From positions 1 through 51,091 of the forward strand of contig CAMNHH010000001.1 in the NCBI GenBank assembly GCA_946539175.1: DNA of 51,091 bases, in the 5' to 3' direction. The notes under the pieces are model-generated. The model worked only from the letters and a program-made list of their open reading frames with translations. It was not told the DNA's origin and made no database searches. A program made the position numbers and the translations under genes. This document shows, piece by piece, positions 17,301-25,103 of the stretch. The stretch is from an uncultured Clostridia bacterium. GTDB lineage: Bacteria; Bacillota; Clostridia; Oscillospirales; Oscillospiraceae. Position 1 is the first letter of the stretch; each line of letters starts with the position of its first letter.

Positions 17301-18222
17301 CAGCTACCACTACTACAATTCAACTGGCCTGCATATCGTTGGCCGCAGATACTGGATCAGCAAGACCAACCCGGAAACCGTCAAAGATCCCAACGGCAAT
17401 CCCTTCCCCGAGGGCAATTACGAGTTTGACGAGCAGGGCCGCATGATTCTGCCCGGCGACCCGCAGGCCAAGAACGGCATCGTTGCCGAGGACGGCAGCC
17501 TGTATTATTACGTGGATAACGTCCGCAGCTATGCCGGTCTGATCCTGATTGACGGCGATTACTACTACGTCCGCTACGGCGGCGAGGTGGTCCACGGCAC
17601 CGATTACTGGGTCACCAAGAACAACGGTCTGCTGCCCTCTGCCCGCTATCAGTTTGCGGACGACGGCAAGCTCATTCTGGAGCAGCCCAAGAACGGCATC
17701 GTGGCCGAGGACGGCAGCCTGTTCTACTATGTGGACGGTGCCAGGAACTATGCCGGACTGATTGAGATTGACGGTGACTACTATTACGTCCGTCAGACCG
17801 GCGAGCTGGTCCACGGCACCGATTACTGGGTCACCAAGCATAACGACCTGGTTCCCGCAGGCCGCTACAGCTTCGATGAAGACGGCAAGATGATCCTCAC
17901 CGGCACCCCCCTGGATCCGGAGCCGCAGCCTGAGGTGAAGAACGGCGTTTACGAAGAGGACGGCGTCAAGTACTATTACGAAAACGGTGTAAAAAAGTAT
18001 GCCGGTCTGATCGTCCTGGAGGACCCCGCGAACCCCGGCAGCTACGCGTACTTCTACGTCACCAGTTCCTGCCAGCTCAAGACCAGCGGCGCGGAGGGCA
18101 GCTTCGTGAAGTACACCGCAAGCTATACCAACGGATTGCTTCCGGCCGCAAGGTATCAGTTTGACTACCTTGGCAGGATGTATGATCTGGATGGCAATCT
18201 GCTGACGCCTGCCGCACCCTGA
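11386..18222 (+). CDS. Giant secreted protein (2278 aa) with InlB-B-type repeats and cell-wall-binding repeats
   Basis: RBS GAGGAGGA. SPase-I signal peptide (ILIVVTLLPGTVLA/AS). About 700-aa G/S/T/N-rich N-terminal region, possibly beta-helical. Three GYYLVGSxNDW modules, 12 roughly 70-aa repeats ending Y-x-F-x-GW, and C-terminal choline-binding-type repeats. Confidence 0.9.
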   Translation: MVNNLSKRFLACLMAILIVVTLLPGTVLAASVNTGVSGLTAESSGSASWNSSGGTVTGSVEASKSSGCAGDSYTPQTGTLTFTNSSGATALLSFDYALGLSGGSATVDGSAVSAGSGFAKKLAAGDNVAISITSPSGEGTTSIVLSNLALTPEQSITLTCKAPSHGSYTVDGTAITADTALSRLTTDSVNLAATPASGYKFLGWYSETEEIYFSITASLTTSFTGNKTIYPVFVSSSIPVFQVGSKLFTDLNEAISYSQSSGIAKIVLVSNGTLPAGTYTIPSGKTLLIPFDDAFTVFTSTPEVVYGAHENPSAFRTLTMANGAKIVVSNGAVLSVPSKLSATGTGSGSWNGTPTGKHGRISMNAGSSIDVQSGGKLYAYGYISGSGNVYARSGSEIWECFQIRCWRGGTATSGMADNTQKVFPLNQYYVQNVEAPLTFYPGATEKVYTAVNMSSKAFAASATFIGSGGMFTINDGSVTKRFTGASDRLELNVDGNFSITPMSLNITGLPLIGDLNLNTADYVLPINSNITINVDTGNTIISQDVAFFPGTEMNIANGATVELTSGHKAYIYDQDQWGAYAAASQQLVPVGYSTVNGTTAKRTVNSLVDAKIDINGTFAAYGSAYTTESGAQIISSQGTGKYILQSAPGTESNTYQATQGGSEGKEITYVSIPITAARLQNADGSYFETAGKAAGTEIPYYEGEWGKVPPAVQNGYYLVGSRNDWNTDAPDQNLMFQLNQDSNENEYQLTLDLTETEEFKVVGYEDGVVTWYPGGSNYVVDAAHAGAGKTVFFRPDANGGSDWHEQTIFVAKNRYTITWKNEDGSVIDTTTVEHGEIPTHADPVKESSAEFHYSFAGWTPAPVAAVADTEYTATFTSATRTYLIRFLNDDGTVLQSDQVAYGVTPAYTGETPQKASTAQYSYEFTGWSPEVAEVTGDADYTATYREILNTYEITFNNWDGTELFSFEFPYDTIPTYDGPTPEKPDDERYSYTFAGWDPELAAVTGPAVYTAKFTAAPLISDGYYLVGSFNDWKAENAYKFQHQDGKYLLENIALAVNDEMKVVGFRDGAPFKWFPDGSGNNYVLPEGREGLKTVFFSPEYLDEYADCNGFLFIPLNTFTVTWNDDQGNELKKDEDVPYGTMPSFGDQDPVKEATAQYTYTFSGWSPELAPVTSDVTYTATFGSHVRSYTITFQNEDGSFLWAGDFEYGSIPEYHGEIPVKQGDAEHSYTFAGWEPNVTEVTGPATYKAVYTEATNTYTVTWVNYNGDVLEKDEDVPYGATPSYDGDEPEKPADAEFTYSFIGWTPEVSTVKGNVTYIATFEPHTRSYTITFQNEDSSFLWAGDFEYGSIPEYQGEIPVKQGDAEHSYTFAGWTPAIAAVTGEATYTAVFAEHTNSYLIIFNNWDGTELYRTTVEYGQIPVYAGDTPVKQGSAQYSYTFKDWDPTLNPVTGEAVYTATFTESVNSYPITWVVGEERETVELEYGTMPTHADPDKESDAQYSYSFVGWEPEIVPVTGPATYTAVFNKTVNKYTVTWSINGNETTEEYEYGDTPSYKGETPVKEGNAQYSYEFTGWDPDIQEVTGNITYTAQFRESVNKYTVTWSINGEETTEEYEFGAVPSHENPANYEDENGSYKFIGWDPEIESVTGDVTYTAKFQAFLRNGFYLIGLRGWNYESLSADDRFVVNPNAENEYMINEVLLSEGDTLKVARVEYGEITGWFPDGMDNHYVVDAAHAGSHTVFFNPDGKNEWQDFGGYIFIDTSFFVVTWSVDGVETYETYVYGQMPAHDVPVKAETMLESYEFAGWEPELTVVTGPATYTAQFTAVPKAGWIAWEGQRYYIADGAPVRGVYEIEDEFYIFDLETGAFRSDANGVTDVGEDTYLAENGKVVKNPGLVRIPETEEYFYFGEDNKALKNQRTWIDRTNDLLPVWAYTFTETGAIEHVDVTWEGLQEDGYTYIDGIRVYLGLVQEADGSYHYYNSTGLHIVGRRYWISKTNPETVKDPNGNPFPEGNYEFDEQGRMILPGDPQAKNGIVAEDGSLYYYVDNVRSYAGLILIDGDYYYVRYGGEVVHGTDYWVTKNNGLLPSARYQFADDGKLILEQPKNGIVAEDGSLFYYVDGARNYAGLIEIDGDYYYVRQTGELVHGTDYWVTKHNDLVPAGRYSFDEDGKMILTGTPLDPEPQPEVKNGVYEEDGVKYYYENGVKKYAGLIVLEDPANPGSYAYFYVTSSCQLKTSGAEGSFVKYTASYTNGLLPAARYQFDYLGRMYDLDGNLLTPAAP
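13828..16860 (+). repeat. Array of 12 coding repeats (~200-210 bp each, InlB B-repeat / Listeria-Bacteroides repeat-like) interrupted by two beta-sandwich-like modules
   Basis: Each unit reads Y-T-(I/V)-T-(W/F) ... G ... P ... Y-(S/T)-(Y/F)-x-F-x-G-W-x-P-E ... T-G ... Y-T-A-x-F. Repeat 5 (14941-15080) and repeat 7 (15358-15497) differ at only 2 of 140 nt. Confidence 0.85.
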
Positions 18223-18261
18223 TTCCGGCGCGGGCTTTGTCCCGCTGAAGCAATGAACAAC

Positions 18262-18295
18262 AGCAGGGATACGGGTTTCGACCCGTATCCCTGCT
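18262..18295 (+). terminator. Perfect 15-bp hairpin after giant gene 2 (no U-tract)
   Basis: AGCAGGGATACGGGT-TTCG-ACCCGTATCCCTGCT. Flanked by a small hairpin at 18229-18246 and a 13-bp hairpin at 18307-18335. Confidence 0.5.
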
Positions 18296-18370
18296 CAAAA
18301 ACACTGATAGAAGGGGAGAGCGTCTCCCTTTCTATGAGTGCTTTTCACCTTGGTCGAAAGGAGACGAGCC

Positions 18371-19594
18371 ATGCGCGCAGCCTTTGTCAACGCGGTATGC
18401 GGCAGCGGCAGCACCGGTAAGATTGTAACCGGTCTGCTGCGTTCTTTGCGTGGGGCAGGGGACGATGGCCGCGTTTTTTTCGGCATCGGCAAAGCCCAGG
18501 ACATTGCCTTGGAGGACACGTGCCGCTTTGGCAGTACCGCGGATTATTACCTGCACAACGCCGTCTCCAGGCTGACGGATCACGCCGGTTTTTATTCCAC
18601 CGCCGCCACCCGTCGGATGATCAAAGCCATAGAAGCCTATCAGCCGGATCTGATCCATTTGCACAATCTGCACGGTTACTATCTCAACGTGGAAGAGCTG
18701 TTCCATTTCCTGTCCGGCTGCGGAAAACCGGTGCTTTGGACTCTGCACGACTGTTGGGCCTTCACCGGGCATTGCACGCACTTCAGCGCGGCAGGTTGTG
18801 AGCAGTGGAAAACCGGATGCCGCAGCTGTTCCCAGCTTTCACGTTATCCAAAATGCCTGCTGAGGGGAGACGTGGAGCGGAACTATGCCCGGAAGCGCAG
18901 CCTGTTCACCTCCGTGCCGGGCCTTACGCTGATCACGCCCTCTGTTTGGCTGGCCGGCATCGTTCGGCAGTCCTTTCTGGGAAAATTGGAGATCATCCCC
19001 ATTCCAAACGGGATCGACACGGAGCGGTTTTGCCCCGTCAAGAGCGACGTCAAGGAGCGATTGGGATTAACGGGCAAAAAGATGGCATTGGGCGTCGCTT
19101 CGGTCTGGAATGAACGAAAGGGTCTGCAGGATCTTCTGCGCTTGTCTGAACTGCTGCCGGATGATTGGCGTCTGGTTCTGGTAGGACTTACAAAGCAACA
19201 GCAGGCCTTGTTCCCGAAGCTGGTCGTCACCATGGAGCGGACCTCCTCCCAGGAGGCGCTTGCCCGGCTTTATTCCGCCGCTGACGTTTTCATCAACCCC
19301 AGCTATGAGGAAACCATGGGCATGACCACGGCGGAGGCCCTGGCCTGCGGTACGCCTGCTGTGGTCTATGATCGGACCGCGGTGCCGGAGCTGGTAGATG
19401 AAAGCTGCGGCGCAATCGTACCGGCAGGCGACGTGAAGGCCCTTTGCGCGGCGATCACCTCCATTTCATTGGATCGTAAAGCCGCACGCGCCAGAGGCCT
19501 GCGATATGCCCAATCCAAGCAGAACGAAGCACATCTTCGGCTCTACAGGCGTTTGGTACAGGCAAGTAAAAATGGATTGGAGGCTCCGCTATGA
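18371..19594 (+). CDS. Glycosyltransferase family 4 (GT-B)
   Basis: ORF 18338..19594 trimmed to ATG 18371 after AAGGAGA. Cys-rich HDCWAFTGHC...C..W..GC..C block, then a C-terminal GT1/GT4 core (SYEETMGMTTAEALACGTPAVV). Confidence 0.85.
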   Translation: MRAAFVNAVCGSGSTGKIVTGLLRSLRGAGDDGRVFFGIGKAQDIALEDTCRFGSTADYYLHNAVSRLTDHAGFYSTAATRRMIKAIEAYQPDLIHLHNLHGYYLNVEELFHFLSGCGKPVLWTLHDCWAFTGHCTHFSAAGCEQWKTGCRSCSQLSRYPKCLLRGDVERNYARKRSLFTSVPGLTLITPSVWLAGIVRQSFLGKLEIIPIPNGIDTERFCPVKSDVKERLGLTGKKMALGVASVWNERKGLQDLLRLSELLPDDWRLVLVGLTKQQQALFPKLVVTMERTSSQEALARLYSAADVFINPSYEETMGMTTAEALACGTPAVVYDRTAVPELVDESCGAIVPAGDVKALCAAITSISLDRKAARARGLRYAQSKQNEAHLRLYRRLVQASKNGLEAPL

Positions 19595-20790
19595 ATCAGC
19601 CCAGCCAATCCGGAATGATCGGCAACGGCCAGTTTTCCAACAGACTGCTGAAGCTGCAGTTTATTATGGTGCTGCTGTATTTCCTGATGATCCCATTTAA
19701 CAATGCTACGGTCACGCATTATATTCTGCTGGCCGGTACATTTTTGAGCATGTACTGTATCGCGAGCATCTGCATTGTCCGGGAACTCAACGCGAAACGC
19801 TTGCTTATGATCCTGATGCTGGGCATCACCGCCCTGGTCAGCATGCTGTTTTCCTATCGCCATCTGCGTTCGGACCTGCTGTATTCTCTTGTCTGCTTCT
19901 TTTTCCTGGCCGTAATGATCTCGATCAACAACTATGAGAAGCCCCAGGTGGATTTTATCCATTTTGTGTTTTGGGTTTGTCTGCTGATGGCCGTGATCGT
20001 AAGCATCTATTCTTTCCTGCCCTTTGCCTACCTGCGAAAAAACGGTACCGTCGCGCCGACACTGACATTGAATCTGGGCAATTCCAACTACACCGGCGTA
20101 CTGCTGCTGAATATTCTCTGCGTCCTCTGGGCTTCCTCCTATGGGGAGAAGTACCATTGGCTTGTACTTCCTCTGACTGCCTACCTTCTGTACTTGATTC
20201 TGAAAACCGGCTCCAGAACCTGTATACTGGGCAGTATCGTGTTTGCCGCGCTGTCTGTGCTGCGCTCAAAACGCCCCATTTCAAGATGGATCGTCCTTGG
20301 CTGTCTGATCCTGCCGATTTTTTTCGTACCGTTTTATTTGTGGCTGTTTGATCACAGCAATTACTGGGGAGTCCGTATTCTCGGAAAATCTCTGTTTACC
20401 GGGCGGGAGGAAACCTTCGTTTATTATCTGTCCTATCTGAAAAAACCGGTCCAGATTATTGTGGGTAATTTCTGTGAGGCGGCGCTGCAAAACGCCCACA
20501 ACGCACCGCTTTCCGTGCTTTGCTCGCTGGGCGTGGTCGGGGCTGTTCTCTATTATGCTCTGTTCATTCCCTCCGTATGGCAGAACAATAAAAACGTCCG
20601 GCATCCCACTGCCCATACCGCTGTGGCGGCGCTGCTGGCTGTCAGCGTCGCTTCCTGCGGGGAATCCTCCATGTTTTTAGGGGGATTTCCCGGTGTGAGC
20701 TTTATGCTGCTTTATTTATGGTTGTCCAATTATTCCGGAACGGATAACGGAACAGAGGAGGGAGACTCCACATGCACCCCCGTGTACTAA
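19591..20790 (+). CDS. O-antigen polymerase/ligase-like (Wzy_C family) membrane protein
   Basis: About 10 predicted TM helices. Central LKTGSRTCILGS loop region typical of Wzy_C proteins. ATGA start/stop overlap with the upstream GT. Confidence 0.72.
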   Translation: MNQPSQSGMIGNGQFSNRLLKLQFIMVLLYFLMIPFNNATVTHYILLAGTFLSMYCIASICIVRELNAKRLLMILMLGITALVSMLFSYRHLRSDLLYSLVCFFFLAVMISINNYEKPQVDFIHFVFWVCLLMAVIVSIYSFLPFAYLRKNGTVAPTLTLNLGNSNYTGVLLLNILCVLWASSYGEKYHWLVLPLTAYLLYLILKTGSRTCILGSIVFAALSVLRSKRPISRWIVLGCLILPIFFVPFYLWLFDHSNYWGVRILGKSLFTGREETFVYYLSYLKKPVQIIVGNFCEAALQNAHNAPLSVLCSLGVVGAVLYYALFIPSVWQNNKNVRHPTAHTAVAALLAVSVASCGESSMFLGGFPGVSFMLLYLWLSNYSGTDNGTEEGDSTCTPVY

Positions 20791-22079
20791 TTGTCGGAAC
20801 TGTCCCTTACAATCGGAAATCCACCTCCCGGGCCTTTGACGCCTATTTCCATTTTTGGGAGCCCGAGAATCTGGCGCAGATCTTTTCGAACACAAAAAAA
20901 CCATGCAAGGGCCACTGCGCGGAGCTTTATCAGATCACCGACCAGCGTATGCTTCGCCGGTGGTTTGCCCCTCGCACCCGGACCGGGCGGATCTTTCGCC
21001 GAGTGGAGCTGCCCGAACGCTGGGAAAGCACGGACCTGGAAACCGGTAGTGCCGCGGCAGACCGCGCCTATCGACTGGGCAGCCGCCATACGCCGCTGAC
21101 GCATCTGCTGCGGGGCCTTCTGTGGCGCAAGCGCTTCTGGTGTACCGCGGAGCTGAACGCCTGGTTGGACGCATTTCAGCCGGAATGCGTTTTCCTGGCC
21201 TTCTCCAACGACTATTTTATTTTGCGGATTGCTCTGTATGCGGCCCAGCGGTATCACATTCCCATTGTTTCCGCCATTGGCGACGACTATTATTTTTGCC
21301 GCAATCGCTCGCTTTCTCCTCTGTATCAGCTCTACATGGGCACTTATCAACGCCTGGTCCGTCGGGTATTGGCTCATCCGGGCAGCGCTGTCTATATCAG
21401 TGACAAGATCCGGGACAAATATAACGAAGCCTTCCGCCTAAAGGGAGAAACCGTCTATCTGAGCAGCGAGCTGTGCCGCAGGCCCTTCCACCCGGTGGAT
21501 CTCAGCCAGCCGAGGATTACGTATTTTGGCAACATACGCATGGGCCGCAATCAATCCCTATGCGATCTTGCGAACGCACTGCGGCAGATCAATCCCGCCT
21601 GGCGACTGGACGTGTATTCCAACGAACGGGAGCCCTCTGTAACGAAACTTTTTTCCAGCTGCGAGAACCTACGCTTTCATGGCTCTGTTCCCTATGAAAG
21701 CGTTTGCCGTATGATTGTTGAGAGCGATATTACGGTTATTGTGGAGGGCTTTCGCCCCGCCGACGTAGACAAATCCCGCTACTCCTTATCCACTAAGGCG
21801 GCGGATGCGCTGGCCTCCGGCGCGGCCATTCTGGCCTACGGCTCATTCGAATGCGGTGTAATCGAATATATGCACAGCACCGGCGCTGCCGCGGTTTGTA
21901 CCGATCCGGCGAAACTGGAGCAGACCATCCGGGCCATGACGGGGGATCCGCAAGCTCAGCGTCGAATGTATGAGAACGCCATGCGGATATCCACAGAGCA
22001 CCATGATCTGTGGGTCAGCACAGAAACCGTCAGAAGGGTCGTGGAGCGGGCGATCCGCGAGATGGAGGAAGCGCGATGA
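20772..22079 (+). CDS. Putative GT-B-fold glycosyltransferase, unassigned family
   Basis: The C-terminal half looks like a GT1/GT4 Rossmann domain (ITYFGNIRMGRNQSL ... STKAADALASGAAILAYG). I do not recognise the N-terminal half. Overlaps the Wzy-like gene by 19 nt. Confidence 0.55.
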   Translation: MHPRVLIVGTVPYNRKSTSRAFDAYFHFWEPENLAQIFSNTKKPCKGHCAELYQITDQRMLRRWFAPRTRTGRIFRRVELPERWESTDLETGSAAADRAYRLGSRHTPLTHLLRGLLWRKRFWCTAELNAWLDAFQPECVFLAFSNDYFILRIALYAAQRYHIPIVSAIGDDYYFCRNRSLSPLYQLYMGTYQRLVRRVLAHPGSAVYISDKIRDKYNEAFRLKGETVYLSSELCRRPFHPVDLSQPRITYFGNIRMGRNQSLCDLANALRQINPAWRLDVYSNEREPSVTKLFSSCENLRFHGSVPYESVCRMIVESDITVIVEGFRPADVDKSRYSLSTKAADALASGAAILAYGSFECGVIEYMHSTGAAAVCTDPAKLEQTIRAMTGDPQAQRRMYENAMRISTEHHDLWVSTETVRRVVERAIREMEEAR

Positions 22080-23104
22080 GTACGATTCGGTTCCGCTCCG
22101 CTGTCCTTGACCGGGTTCGCGGCGCCGCAATGCTCCTGGTGATTCTTGGGCACACTATGATCGGCTGCACCGTCGGGGCTCAAAACAGCTTTTTGTATCG
22201 GGTCATATGGTCATTGCAGATGCCGCTGTTCTTTCTGCTCAGCGGATATCTGACCCGATATGCAAAGCCGCTTCCGAACGCAAGGGCCCTGCTGCGTCAG
22301 CTTGGCCGCCGCAGCCTGCAGCTGCTGTTTCCCTTCGGAGTCTGGAGCTTTTTGATCCGAGGTCTGCTTTTCGGGCAGCGTTCCTTTCTGAACCTGGCTT
22401 GGCTTGCGCGGCACATGGACAGCGGATACTGGTTTTTGTTCTCCCTTTGGGTGATCTCCGCGGCGTACCTGCTGGCATCCTTCCTTGGGGGCAAAGTTAT
22501 TTGGAAGCGACCCCAGATCGCTGTGACGCTGTTCTTCGGCCTGCTTCTCGCAATTCTGGGGATAGTTGCCCTGTGGCAGGGCGTTGAATTTCTGGGCGCC
22601 AAGCTCAGCTTGTATTACGCAAGCTTTTACTTTCTGGGCGTGTTGGTTGGTCGTGCCAGGGACCGTCTGCCATCTTCCGGTCGGGGGCGGACACTGGTAT
22701 TTGCGGTCAGCTTTGTGGGCTGGATCCTGTTTTTGCTCAAGTTTGATTTCTTCTCCGCCGCGGACAGTGTCGGAAGCATAGCGCTGCGGTGGGTCTCCTC
22801 TGTGTTGGGTTGCAGCGCAGTCTTCCTTGCCGCTCTGGAGCTGAAGCGTTGGCGGTCGGATCCGCTGCCGCGCAGGGTGTTGCGCTGGATCGGTGCGCAT
22901 ACTTTGGAGCTGTATCTGGTCCATTATCTTTGCTTGAATCTGATTCGAAAAGCGCCGGCTCCAGACTGTGAAAGCCTTTCAGGGGCTACGCTGATTCTGC
23001 TGAATTTTTGCCTGACGCTGGGTATTTCCGCATTTGTAACGCTGCTTTTCAGCCGGACGCGGTTTTTGCGCTTCCTGCTTTTTGGCAAGACCGATAAAAG
23101 GTGA
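22076..23104 (+). CDS. Acyltransferase family 3 (membrane O-acyltransferase)
   Basis: ATGA overlap with the upstream stop. N-terminal LDRVRGAAMLLVILGHT motif and about 10 TM helices. Confidence 0.85.
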   Translation: MSTIRFRSAVLDRVRGAAMLLVILGHTMIGCTVGAQNSFLYRVIWSLQMPLFFLLSGYLTRYAKPLPNARALLRQLGRRSLQLLFPFGVWSFLIRGLLFGQRSFLNLAWLARHMDSGYWFLFSLWVISAAYLLASFLGGKVIWKRPQIAVTLFFGLLLAILGIVALWQGVEFLGAKLSLYYASFYFLGVLVGRARDRLPSSGRGRTLVFAVSFVGWILFLLKFDFFSAADSVGSIALRWVSSVLGCSAVFLAALELKRWRSDPLPRRVLRWIGAHTLELYLVHYLCLNLIRKAPAPDCESLSGATLILLNFCLTLGISAFVTLLFSRTRFLRFLLFGKTDKR

Positions 23105-23109
23105 ATCCG

Positions 23110-23943
23110 ATGAATGATTTGACCCTGCTCATTTTTACCTGTGAAAAGTTTTCCGATCTTTGGGATCCGCATGTGAAGCTCCTGGAGGAAAACTGGCCGG
23201 ATCGCGGCATGGACAGCTATCTTGTGACCGACGCTCCTCACGATACGTGGTACGATGGGGTTTCTGTCCTGGCCGCAGGACCGGATGCCTCCTTCACAGC
23301 CCGCGTTCGCTGTGCCTGCGAGACAGTACGAACCAAGTATGTGTTCGTGACGCTGGATGATTATTTTTTGCTCCGGCCCGTTGACAGCGGCAGGATCCGG
23401 CAGCTGGTCTCCATCATGGAAGAGGAGCGTCTGGATTATCTTCGTCTCTACGATCGCCCGAAGCGGGCTTCCGCCGCGCCGCTGGCCTCGGATCCTACGC
23501 TGCGGCATATTGTGAACGATACCCGCTACAGCGTGAACCTTTACGCCGGGATCTGGCGCAGGGAATTTTTGCTGCGGACGGCAGTGGGAGAAAGGAATCC
23601 TTGGAGCTATGAGGCCTCACTATCACGGGCTGCCACAGCTTTGAAGGCAAACTGCGCCGTAGACGAGGCCAGGGATTTTGTTACCTTGGACGTGGTGCGG
23701 AAGGGAAAGATTCTGAACAGAGCCAATCGCTATCTGAAGAAGCACGATCTGTACCACGGAGACCGACCGGTACAGTCCCGGTGGTATGAGTTTGCTCTGG
23801 CGGTACGGACCTTTGGTGTACGCCACATGCCACGCCCGGCGGTGGAACTGGCCCGGCGCTTCATGATGAAGCGGGGGCGCCATTACTACAGCCAGGAGCA
23901 GTTTGAATATCCAATACCGGAGCAAACGGAGTCTAAGGAATGA
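23110..23943 (+). CDS. Hypothetical protein in the glycan operon (possible GT-A-like enzyme)
   Basis: Soluble 277-aa ORF with an FVTLDDYF acidic motif after a beta-alpha-like N-terminus. No family recognised. GTG 23101 is an alternative start. Confidence 0.55.
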   Translation: MNDLTLLIFTCEKFSDLWDPHVKLLEENWPDRGMDSYLVTDAPHDTWYDGVSVLAAGPDASFTARVRCACETVRTKYVFVTLDDYFLLRPVDSGRIRQLVSIMEEERLDYLRLYDRPKRASAAPLASDPTLRHIVNDTRYSVNLYAGIWRREFLLRTAVGERNPWSYEASLSRAATALKANCAVDEARDFVTLDVVRKGKILNRANRYLKKHDLYHGDRPVQSRWYEFALAVRTFGVRHMPRPAVELARRFMMKRGRHYYSQEQFEYPIPEQTESKE

Positions 23944-25103
23944 AAATTGTCTTCGTAAACTGTTACTTCAATCACCACCAGAAGCCGTTCTCAGACGCTA
24001 TGGTGGCGCTTGGCGCGGACTACAGCTTTCTGGAAACCATGCCCATGCCGGAGTACCGCCGCGCTCTGGGCTATCAGGAGCTTCCAAAACCGGAATACGT
24101 TCATTCCTGGCTCGAGGAGCCCGCTCGATGTGAAAAGCTGATTGATGAGGCGGATACGGTATTGTTCAGTTCCGCGCCGGAGAAGCTCTTCCGACGCTGC
24201 TTTGGGCAGGGTAAGCTGCTGTTTCGCGTGACAGAACGTCCCCTGAAGCGGCAGGGTGAATGGCAGAAGTTTCTGCCTCGGCTGCTCCGTTGGCGATGGC
24301 GCAATCCCGGCAGGGAAGGGATCCGCCTGCTCAGCGCCAGCGCTTTCGCGCCGTCAGATTACGCGAAATTCGGACTCTTTCGGGGCCGTGCTTATCGCTG
24401 GGGTTACTTTCCGCAGTGCAATCGGCAGGCTGATACGGAACGCCTGCTGGCAGGAAAAACTCCGGGCAGTATGCTCTGGGTAGGGCGTTTTCTGGATTGG
24501 AAGCACCCGGATGACGCGCTGCGTGCAGCCGCGTGGCTTCGGCATCAGGGATATCCGGTTCTACTGAAAATGATCGGGACCGGACCCATGGAGAAGGCGC
24601 TGCAGGAAATGCGGGAACAACTGGACCTGGAAGGCTCTGTCTCATTTCCCGGGTCGATGACGCCTGCGGAGGTTCGCCGGGAGATGGACAAGGCTGAACT
24701 GTTTTTATTTACCAGTGACCGCTGTGAAGGCTGGGGCGCCGTATTGAACGAGGCTATGGACAGCGCCTGTGCCATTGTGGCAGGCCACGCGGCAGGGGCG
24801 ACCCCCTACTTGATCCGGCCCGGTCAGAACGGGCTTGTATATCGCTCCGGCGATTGGGAAGCGATGGCCCACTGTCTGAAGTCCCTGCTGGACAGCAGAC
24901 AAAGCGCTGCAGGTTTGGGGCGGGAGGCCAGAAACACCGTCCTCACGGAGTGGAACGCCGAATATGCGGCCCGCAGCTTACTGGCTCTGGCCGAGGCCCT
25001 TCGAAGCGGAACATCTGCCGGGCTGCCCGCTTCCGCGGGACCCTGCAGTAAAGCTGAAATCATAAAAGAGGATTGGTTTTATGCGTCTGAAAACCCTTCA
25101 TAA
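23940..25103 (+). CDS. Glycosyltransferase family 4 (GT-B)
   Basis: ATGA overlap with the upstream gene. C-terminal E-x7-E region FTSDRCEGWGAVLNEAMDSACAIVAG. Confidence 0.85.
   Translation: MKIVFVNCYFNHHQKPFSDAMVALGADYSFLETMPMPEYRRALGYQELPKPEYVHSWLEEPARCEKLIDEADTVLFSSAPEKLFRRCFGQGKLLFRVTERPLKRQGEWQKFLPRLLRWRWRNPGREGIRLLSASAFAPSDYAKFGLFRGRAYRWGYFPQCNRQADTERLLAGKTPGSMLWVGRFLDWKHPDDALRAAAWLRHQGYPVLLKMIGTGPMEKALQEMREQLDLEGSVSFPGSMTPAEVRREMDKAELFLFTSDRCEGWGAVLNEAMDSACAIVAGHAAGATPYLIRPGQNGLVYRSGDWEAMAHCLKSLLDSRQSAAGLGREARNTVLTEWNAEYAARSLLALAEALRSGTSAGLPASAGPCSKAEIIKEDWFYASENPS

Noticed and set aside
5864-18222. Sortase (LPXTG) or SLH-type anchoring of the giant proteins.
   Set aside because: No LPXTG-like motif with a hydrophobic tail and no SLH repeats are visible in either C-terminus. 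Both end in YG/choline-binding-type repeats.
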